DNA of 64,000 nucleotides, from the NCBI GenBank assembly GCA_002787035.1, contig PCVP01000014.1, forward strand, positions 115,107 to 179,106. The letters are read 5' to 3'. Each line of letters opens with the position of its first letter. The stretch's first letter is position 1. The position numbers and the translations under genes are program-made. The stretch comes from Candidatus Peregrinibacteria bacterium CG11_big_fil_rev_8_21_14_0_20_49_14 (GTDB lineage: Bacteria; Patescibacteriota; Gracilibacteria; Peribacterales; Peribacteraceae). The notes below the pieces were generated by a model. The model did not search any database and was not told where the DNA came from. It saw only the letters and a list, made by a program, of their open reading frames with translations. This document shows, piece after piece, positions 18,859 to 28,900 of this stretch.

Positions 18859-18933
18859 TGGCTGGGGCGGAGGGATTCGAACCCCCGAATGCATGGACCA
18901 AAACCATGTGCCTTACCACTTGGCGACGCCCCA
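18859..18933 (-). tRNA. tRNA-Gln (anticodon UUG)
   Basis: Reverse strand folds as UGGGGCG UC GCCA AGUGGUAA GGCA CAUGG UUUUGGU CCAUG CAUUC GGGGG UUCGAAU CCCUC CGCCCCA G CCA. This is a cloverleaf with a U1-A72 pair, anticodon UUG and an encoded CCA. Confidence 0.9.
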
Positions 18934-18992
18934 ACGGCAGGCCAATGCTACCACAGTTGCGGGGCGAACAAACACCGCTACCATAGGAACAT

Positions 18993-19823
18993 ATGCAGAA
19001 AATTTCGTACGCCATATTTCTTGCACCGTTCTTGCTCAGTGCATGCGCGGGAGAAAAAGGTGTTCGTATGCATTCTCTCATTACAAACGTGGATTACGAG
19101 GTTTCCATGACCATGAACCCTGCAAAGCCTTCCATGGGAGAAGAAACACAAATCACCTTCTCGGTAACACAGCAGGGCAAGGCAGTGGATGTTTTAAATA
19201 CAAAAAATGAAGTACTGCACATCACTGTTACCAGCGATAATCTGCGTGATTTCGCGCACTACGCATTTGGCGACATAGAAGAATTACGACCCGGGACGTA
19301 TAGGTTCACTCACACGTTTACGCAACCAGACCATTACGGAATTTGGATAGATTTTCCGAATCTCGCCACAAGAGACCACCATGGAGACAGAGTGGATTTC
19401 CGCAGTTTCATGGAACTGCGCATACCGGGAAGTGTGGCAGATCCCCTTCCGGAATCTGTGAGTGTCGTCGTACAAGAGCCGTATTCCATTTCCTTGAAAA
19501 CAGAAGAAGACCTTATGGCCGAACTGATACATACGTTTACTTTTGAGCTCTCTCGCACAGACGGTGTGGCGACGCGATACTTCGAAAATGCAGACATGTT
19601 CTATGTTATTACTGCTCCGAGTATCGGTGAATACAGGCTCCAGCATATCGATCATCATATTTCTCGTTCAAACAGTGTTGGAACGGAAATATCTGCATTT
19701 GAATTGCCGGGAAAATATCTGGTATGGGCAGAGCTGTATGTCCATGGTGATACCAAAATAGACACCGTACACACCACCTTTATTGTGGATGTACCGCCGT
19801 ATGTAAGCCCTGCTTTACAGTAA
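18993..19823 (+). CDS. lipoprotein, function unknown
   Basis: Signal peptide with lipobox (FLLSAC AG); 276 aa, beta-rich and His-rich. It lies directly upstream of the giant surface-protein gene. Confidence 0.7.
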   Translation: MQKISYAIFLAPFLLSACAGEKGVRMHSLITNVDYEVSMTMNPAKPSMGEETQITFSVTQQGKAVDVLNTKNEVLHITVTSDNLRDFAHYAFGDIEELRPGTYRFTHTFTQPDHYGIWIDFPNLATRDHHGDRVDFRSFMELRIPGSVADPLPESVSVVVQEPYSISLKTEEDLMAELIHTFTFELSRTDGVATRYFENADMFYVITAPSIGEYRLQHIDHHISRSNSVGTEISAFELPGKYLVWAELYVHGDTKIDTVHTTFIVDVPPYVSPALQ

Positions 19824-19923
19824 AATTTCCATTCATATTGAGCTTTTAGGCAACATTTGAATATTTTGCATCTGAATATAGAAATAGATGCAATATTCCA
19901 TATGGAAAATATCAAATAGAACC

Positions 19924-19952
19924 TTGACATAAGTTGTTATTTTTGATTAAAT
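19924..19952 (+). promoter_or_regulatory. sigma-70-type promoter of the giant surface-protein gene
   Basis: TTGACA (19924..19929), 17-nt spacer, TTAAAT (19947..19952). It is preceded by the palindrome TTCCATATGGAA (19896..19907) and the inverted repeat TTGCATCT/AGATGCAA (19866..19893). Confidence 0.5.
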
Positions 19953-19983
19953 CACTCCCTTTTTGCATTCCACTCCATCCGCT

Positions 19984-22900
19984 ATGAAGCGCAGATGCAT
20001 GCAACTGATTCGCATGAAGAGCAGAACACACGTTCTGTTCGCACTCCTTATAGTAGCGATTACTCCCGCAGCACTCTATGCCTGCGGACGAGTGGATTTG
20101 TCTATTACCAAGAGCGGTCCGGGTACCGCAACTGTGGGACAAACCGCAACCTACAACTTCATCGTCACTCAACATGATACCGGCCGTTCCACCGGAACGC
20201 AGACGGAAGTGCGTGATCTCATTCCCGCAGGATTCACCTTCGCGAGTGCGAGCGGAGTTAGTTGTAGCGTAAGCGGAAACAATGTGATTTGTACGGGTAT
20301 TCCAAATCTTACGCAGAATCAGTCTCACAGTTTCTCCGTCACATTCAATGTGACCGCTGCCGCCTGTGCAAACAGTCCGGTAACCAACACCGCAGTGGTG
20401 GACGCCAGAGAAGCCGATACGAACCCGAGTAACGACACCAGCAATACTGTCACCACTGCAATCAACGGTTGTGATGCGGATCTTTCCGTCAGCAAAAGCG
20501 GCGACTCCACCGTGGCAGCCGGCAGTACAGTGAACTACAGCGTACAAGTTACAAACGGCGGCCCGAGTGATGCAACGAATGTAAAAGTAACGGATGCCAT
20601 TCCTTCCGGTCTCAGCTTTAACAGCGGTGCCAGTGACGGCGCATGTTCTCAGAACGGTTCCAATGTGGAATGTACGGCAAGCAGCTTGGCAAACGGCGCG
20701 AATAAGACTTTTGCCATTGCTTTCGATGTGCCCGATACGCAACAAGTATGTGGCACCAATATTTCAAACCAAGCTTCTGTGAGCAGTGATACCGGTGACA
20801 CGAACACGTCCAACAATACAAGCTCAACAGTAAGTACCTCTATAACATGTAACGCAGATCTCTCAGTGACGAAGAGCGGACCTGCCACAATAGAAGGTGG
20901 CAATAGTATAAGTTATACGGTTACCGTCGCAAACGGCGGTCCGAATACGGCTCATAACGTAAAGGTAACGGATGCCATTCCTTCCGGTCTCACCTTTAAC
21001 AGCGGTGCCAGTGACGGCGCATGTTCTCAGAACGGTTCCAATGTGGAATGTACGGCAAGCAGCTTGGCAAACGGCGCTAATAAGACTTTTGCCATTGCTT
21101 TCGATGTACCGGCTTCCGGCGCACTTTGCGGAAACAGCGTGAGCAACCAAGCAACAGTTTCGAGTGATACGACAGACTCAAACAGTGGCAACAATACGAG
21201 CCAAGCTGTCTCCACACAGGTGACATGCTCTGCCGACCTCTCCATTACAAAGAGCGGCCCCGGAACAGTGACACGCAACTCCACGGTGAGTTACACGATC
21301 ATCGTTACAAACAACGGTCCTGCCGATGCGCAAGGTGTCACCATTTCAGACGCAGTACCTGCGGGTGTGACCTTTAACAGCGGAGCATCGGATGCGAGCT
21401 GTGTTCTGAACGGTTCCAATGTCCTGTGTAACAACATCACTCTTACAAACGGACAGAGCAAAACCGTAATCATCGCCTTTAACGTTCCCGCCTCAGCGGT
21501 TTGTAACTCAACTGTTACGAACCAAGCAATTGTTTCCGGTAGTACCACAGATCCCGTAAGCAGCAATAATACGAGCAGCACCGTTGCCTCTACGGTCGAC
21601 TGTTCATCCGAGCAAGCGGATCTTACACTGACCAAAACAGGACCTGCGACAGTCGCACGCGGTACGACTATCAGCTACACACTCGTCGCCACAAACAACG
21701 GTCCGGCTACGGCCAACGCCGTGACGATTACAGATCCTGTTCCTGCAGGTCTTACCTTTAACAGCGCAGCTTCGGACGCAGGATGCGCTCTGAACGGAAC
21801 AAATGTGCTGTGCAACAGCTTCAGCCTTACAAACGGTGCCAGCAAAACGGTAACCGTAGCATTCGATGTCCCTGCTCAAGCAACATGCGGAGCAACCATC
21901 GCAAACCAGGCAAGCGTATCCACAAGTTCAATTGACCCCGTGAGCAGCAACAACACAAGTCAAACTGTGACATCTACGGTGGACTGTTCCGGTGAACAGG
22001 CAGACCTCTCCGTTACAAAGAGCGGTCCTGCAACCGTACAGCGTGGCAATATTGTCAGCTACACCGTTTCGGTAACCAATGGCGGTCCTGCGACTGCAAA
22101 CGCCGTAAAAGTAACAGACGCCATTCCTTCGGGACTGACGTTCAATTCCGGAGCCAGCAGTCCCGAATGTGCGGTGAACGGCTCCAATGTTGAATGTACG
22201 GTCAGTACGCTCACCAACGGTGCGAGCAAAGGATTCACCATCGCATTCGATGTGCCAAATAGCACAACTTGCGGTTCTAGCATCACAAACCAAGCAAGTG
22301 TGTCTACAACGTCCGTCGACCCCGTGAGCAGCAACAACACAAGCCAAACGGTAAGTACGACTGTGAACTGTGATAATCAGGCAGACCTCTCTGTTACCAA
22401 AAGCGGTCCTGCAACCATCACACGAAATTCAGTTATCAGCTACAGCGTAACGGCCACGAATAACGGCCCGGGTACTGCAACATCCGTTGTCATTTCCGAC
22501 GCCGTTCCTACGGGACTCACTTTCAATAGCGGAGCATCCGACTTGAGTTGTGTACTCAATGGCTCCAATGTGCTGTGTAACGGATTTAATCTTGCAAGCG
22601 GACAGTCTCGCACAGTTACCATCGCCTTCAACGTACCCGCAGGAGCAACGTGTGGCGGTACGATTGCAAACGTAGCGAGTGTGGCTTCCGCAGTCACCGA
22701 CCCGGTAAGCAGCAACAACACAAGTCAGACTGTTTCAACGACCATCGATTGTTCAAGTGAGAATGCAGATGTACGCATTACAAAGACCGGTCCAAGTACC
22801 GTCTTAAAAGGAGGCACGCTCAGTTACACACTGAATGTAACGAACGGAGGACCTGCAACCGCGCAGGGAGTAACGATTTCAGACCCTGTTCCTTCCGGTC

Positions 22901-25900
22901 TGACTTTCAACCCTTCCGCATCCAGCCCGAACTGCATACTCAACGGCAGCAATGTTCTGTGTAACAACATCGCTCTGGCAAACGGCCAGACACAGAGCGT
23001 TATCATCGCATTCAACGTTCCCACAACTGCAACATGCGGTGCTCTGTACACGAACCAAGCAACTGTTTCGAGTTCATCCACCGACCCCGTAAGCAGCAAC
23101 AATACGAGTCAGACTGTCACGACGACTGTGGACTGTCCTCCCGTACACTCCGATTTGGAGGTGGTGAAAGCAGGTCGCGATCGTATTCCGCGAACCGAAA
23201 CTCTCATCTACATGATACAAGTACTCAACCGAGGACCGGACGAAGCACCCGATGTGCAGGTACGAGATACTATCCCTGCCGGACTTGTGTTTAATCCCGG
23301 TCAGTCTCACCCTGCTTGTCAGCAGGTAGGCAACGAGATTGTTTGTAACGGACCCGCACTGCCAAAAGACAGGCAGTGGGCGATTCTCGTAGCATTCGAC
23401 CTGAGTGCCAGTGTGCAATGCGGATCGTTCATCCAAAACCGTGCACGAGCATCTACGACTGCCATAGACCCAAACAGTGCCAACGACCAGAGTCAATTGG
23501 TAGCTACGTTCGTGGAGTGTCCGAACGGAAACATGACCATAGAAAAGAGCGGTCCGACCACGGTACTGCGCGGCAATACCATCACGTACAACATCGTGGT
23601 ACGTAACACTTCCCCCACCGAAGTACTGCGAAACACGCTCGTCTTCGACCAAACTCCGGCCAACACCACTTTCTTGGATGCACAGAGTACGCCGGGATGT
23701 TTCATAGGCGTGGGCTTCACGGATGTGTACTGTCCGGCACAGGATGTTCCTGTGGGTGGCACACGGAATGTGACTCTTGTCTTCCGAGTGGAAAACACAG
23801 CCGCGTGTGACAGCTTCATAAATAACATCGCAGACGTATGGGCAGATAACGCCGATGCGACATGGAGTAACGAAGTGATTACGCAAGTACAGTGCCTCTC
23901 AACGGAAACAGATATTTCCGTGGATAAAACAGGTCCCGGAACCGTGACCCGAGGCAATCAGATTTCCTACAGCATTACCGTGACCAATCACGGTCTGGGA
24001 GATGCCACCGGCGTACAGATTGCAGACCCGATTCCAAACGGACTGACATTCGTATCGGGTTCCAGTTCAAACAACTGTTCGGTAAACGGAGCAGAAATAG
24101 TATGTGGCAATATTGACTTGGTTAACGGCCAAAGTCGTACGCTCACACTCGTCTTTACCGTACCAAGCTCGGTTGCCTGTAACTCCACACTGCAAAACCA
24201 GGCGCGCTTGCTTTTGGCACCGCAGGGTGACCCGAATCCGAATAATAACGTAAGTAACGTTATTTCCACGACAGTGAATTGTCCCGCTCAGACCGCAGAC
24301 TTACGCGTAAGCAAGAGCGGACCTGCGAGCGTGGTAAAAGGAAACACCGTCACCTACACACTCGTTGCCACAAACGACGGTCCCGATACGGCAACAAACG
24401 TGACGATCGCAGATCCGATTCCTACAGTACCGCACGAAACAACGAACCTTCCGGTACAACTGACGTTCTTATCGGGCAGCTCGGATGCAAGTTGTGTAAG
24501 CAACGGTACGGATATTCTGTGTAACAACTTCAACTTGGCATCCGGACAAAGTCGTACAGTGACTGTCGCATTCAGCGTACCGACGACAACGAAATGTGCT
24601 TCGACCATCGTAAACAGAGCAAGTGTTTCTGCATCATCCACAGATCCGAACAGTTCGAACAATCAGAGCCAACAGGTCTCTACCGCAGTGGACTGTGTTC
24701 CGAGCGACGCAGACGTCTCCGTTACCAAGAGCGGCCCTGCCACGGTGACACGAGGAAACGTACTTACCTACAGTTTGACGGCAAGTAACGCAGGTCCTGT
24801 AAGTGCTACAAACGTTACCATTACCGACACCGTTCCGACAGGATTGGTATTCAATGCCGGAGCATCCGGTGGCAACTGTTCTCTCAGCGGCAACACAATA
24901 AGCTGTGCTATCGGCACTCTTGCTTCCGGTGCCTCACAGAGTGTGAGTCTTGCGTTCAATACGCCTGCGACACTCACTTGCAACTCGCAAGTGCAGAACT
25001 ATGCAGTGATTGCAGCTCTGCAGCCGGACCCAAACAACAGCAACAACACGACCAATACGGTAACGACAACCATACTGTGCCCTGTCGCACAAGCGGATGT
25101 GACCGTAAGTAAAACAGGACCCGCTACAATTCTGCGTGGCACCAAGATTACCTACACACTTACTGCCACGAATAACGGCCCCGATGCCGCAACCAACGTG
25201 GTGATAACAGACCCGATTCCAAGTGCGCAGCACGAGAGTAGCAACACTCCTCTGGCACTACAGTTTGAAGCCGGTGACTCCGACCCAAGCTGTGCGATAA
25301 ACGGCGTGAATGTTGAGTGCAGCGGATTCAGTTTGAATCCGAGTCAGAGCAAGACGGTACAGGTGACATTCACCGTACCGAGCCAATCACGATGCAGCGC
25401 ATTCGTTGTAAACCAGGCAAGCGTGGTATCCGGTGCCAACGACCCGAACTCTGCAAACAACTTAAGCCAAATCACATCCACGCTCATTCAGTGTCCTGTC
25501 ACCGACGCAGACCTTTCCATTACCAAAGTGGGTCAGCAAACCGTACTGAGAGGAAACCGTGTAAGCTACAACATTACGGTGACGAACAACGGTCCCGCCA
25601 CCGCAACGAATGTGACAATTGCAGACCCGATTCCTACGGTTCTTAACGAACAGGCACAGGGTGTGTACCTGACATTCGACCCTGTTGCTTCGGACTCCAG
25701 CTGTCAGATAAACGGCATTAATGTGCTATGTAACAACTTCAGCCTTACCGCAGGCCAGAGCAAGACCGTTACCTTGGCATTCACAGTACCCACCGTCGCA
25801 AGTTGCAACGCAAATATAGTGAACTTCGCAACGGTCTCTGCGTCATCTACGGATCCGATCTCCTCGAACAACACGAGCCAGACCGTGCATACAACCGTAC

Positions 25901-28900
25901 AGTGTCCCGTGGAGCAGTCTGATCTTACCATTGCCAAAATGGGCCGCGACCGTATTCCTATCGGAGAAACGCTGCTCTACACATTGCAAGCGTTCAACCG
26001 CGGACCTTCCACAGCCACAAACGTCACCTTCCGTGACCAGATTCCGGCAGGGCTTGTCTTCAACCCAAGCCAATCTGACTCCAGCTGTCAGAAAGTTGGA
26101 AACGAAATTCTCTGCACACGTGCAACATTGGCAGAAAGCCAACTCTGGACAATAGTCATAGGATTCGACATCAACCCTCAGACTGTGCAGTGCAACAGCT
26201 TCCTCTCCAACGTCGCCACACTCTCGTCGGATCAAACAGATCCTGACCCAAGCACGAACACCAGCAACACCGTGCAAACCTACGTGGAGTGTCCCGGCGG
26301 AGAAATCTCTATCGTTAAGAGTGGTCCTGCCACAACGCTGCGAGGAGCAAACATCACCTACAACATCCTTGTAACCAACAACAGCGCATTCACCGTCCGT
26401 GAAGCAAGCGTGTTCGATGGCACACCTCAGAACACAACGTTCGTGCCCAATGGCAGCAGTCCGGAATGCTACGTGGCACCGGGATTCACCGATGTATTCT
26501 GTGCCCCTACCGATTTGGCACCGGGGCAGCAGCGTACGGTTACGTTGGTATTCAAAGTCAACGATAACGCCCCATGTAACAGCACGCTCAATAACATCGC
26601 CGATGTGTGGTCCGATAACGCTGATCCTACGTGGAGTAACGAGGTGGTAACACAAGTCATGTGTCCTCCGGCAAGCTTCAGTATTACGAAGACCGATAAC
26701 CGCACGACCGTGACTGCGGGCGAAGTGCTAACCTACCAGATCAGCGTGACGAATACCTCTTCCGTAAACGACTCCAACGTACATGTGACAGATACCCTCC
26801 CTGCAAACGTTACCTTCGTGGGAGCATCCGATGGCGGAATATTCGATGGCACACAAGTGCAGTGGAACGGCCTAAGTATCAACGCAGGAGAAACGAAAGT
26901 ACTTCTGATGACTGTCTCCGTAAACGCAGGAACGCCAAACGGAACGATTCTTACCAACAACGCCTTCGTAGTGAACGGTCCAACTGCAATAGACCAAACA
27001 ACGGTGATCGAGAACATTACGTTCACTATCAGCAAAGATGACGGTCGCACGAACGCCAATGCGGGTGAGACACTCATCTACACCATTCCGGTGACCAACA
27101 CATCTGCAACCAATGCGACCAATGCGACGGTGACAGATACGCTTCCTCCTCAAGTCACATTTGTCAGCGCAGATAACAGCGGCACGCACAGTAACGGTAC
27201 CGTTACATGGTCTGGCCTGAGTATTGCAGCAGGGCAAACCAAAAACCTGATGGTAACAGTGACCATTAATCCTGCGACTCCGGGAGGAACAGTACTTACG
27301 AACACAGCTACGATTCTCGGCGGACCTTCCGCTGTCGATACGACTATCGTAAACGGAGGACAGTTGGGATGTATTGAAATCATCAAGGAAACATTCGATA
27401 CCAACGGCCAGCCCATTACGCCGGTCGCACAGTTCATGTTCAGTCTGGACAACGGCTCTCAGACAACACAGAACGACTCAAGCGGCCATGCACGGTTCGA
27501 TAACGTTGCCGTAGGCTCTCACACTGTGACAGAAACCGTACCTCCAACATGGTCACAACTGTCCGTGACACCTCCAAGCGGAGTACTGCAGGTGCAGTCC
27601 GGTCCTGTGTGTTCGACCGTGACATTTAAAAACCAGCAACAATTGCAGAACTCTACTTTCACCATTACGAAGACCGATAACCGCACGACGGTATCCCCCG
27701 GTGAAACGCTGATCTACACCATAGATGTGAAGAACACATCCGCAGTCAATGCTGCCAACGTCAGTGTTCGCGACACTCTTCCTGCCGATCTCACCTTCGT
27801 AAGTGCCAATAGCAACGGTACGCACACTGCAGGAGTTGTTGACTGGGTCGTACCTATTAATGCGGGTCAAACGGTGCAATTCACCGTCAATACAACCGTC
27901 AAGGTTGCCACAGCAAACGGTACCGTACTGGAAAATACGGCACAGGTGCTGGGAGGCCCAAGTACAATAGATACGACAACAGTGGTTACCATCACGAGTT
28001 CAGGATGTATAGATGTGGTGAAAGAGACATTCGATATCAACGGACATCTCATTACACCCGTACCGCAGTTCAGCTTCCAATTGGATGGCGGCGCCCAGAG
28101 CACGGTAAGCAATTCTCTCGGACTTGCACGGTTCAACAATGTTCCTACGGGAACGCACACGGTGAGCGAAACCGTTCCTCCTACATGGAGACAGGTTTCC
28201 ATTACACCTCCCAACGGTCTTGTGGTGGTATCGCAGGGGCCAACATGTTCCACAGTGCTCTTTAAGAACCAGCAAGATCTCGGCGGACCTGAGTTTGCCA
28301 TGAGTAAGACAGACGGTCGCAGCACCGCAGCGCCGGGTGAAACGCTCACCTACACCATTACTGTTGAGAATATCTCAAACAAGAATGCAACCGGTGTAAC
28401 CGTACTCGATACCCTGCCAACCAACGTGACCTTCGTAAGCGCAGACAGCGGCGGAGTGCACAGTAACGGCACAATCACCTGGAATAACATCAGTGTGAAT
28501 GCGAACAGCAGCGTTACGCTGACGGTGATCGCACAGGTGAATGCGAATGTCGCAAACGGAACCGTGATTACAAACACCGCAGGTATTCCGAATGTCATCA
28601 CTGTCGCAGACACCACCACTGTCTCCACACAAGTGCCGACATTCAGCATCTCGAAGACCGACAATCTGGCTACGGCCACACCGGGACAGAGCCTTACCTA
28701 CCTTATAACGGTACAGAACACCTCTGCATTCAACGCAACGAACGTCTCCGTGACAGACACGTTGCCAAGCCAAGTGATATACAACGGTTCTTCCGATAAC
28801 GGGTCTGTAAACGGACAGATCGTAACGTGGAGCGGACTCTCCATTGCGGCAGGTCAACAGAAGACGCTGACTGTGACCGCAACGGTAAACGGATCCACAC

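Noticed and set aside
18709-18894. N-terminal 62 codons of ORF 18265..18894, plus the + strand ORFs 18651..18986, 18788..19210 and 18832..19110.
   Set aside because: They overlap the tRNA-Gln gene (18859..18933), and the translated sequence is Arg/Ser/Pro-rich noise. An internal ATG at 18708 gives a sensible membrane protein.
17027-18933. Complete integrative element or prophage at tRNA-Gln (and likewise at tRNA-Pro, 58776..60370).
   Set aside because: No integrase or recombinase, no phage structural or replication genes, and no flanking direct repeat of the tRNA 3' end that I could find. Only the weaker islet or remnant interpretation is retained.
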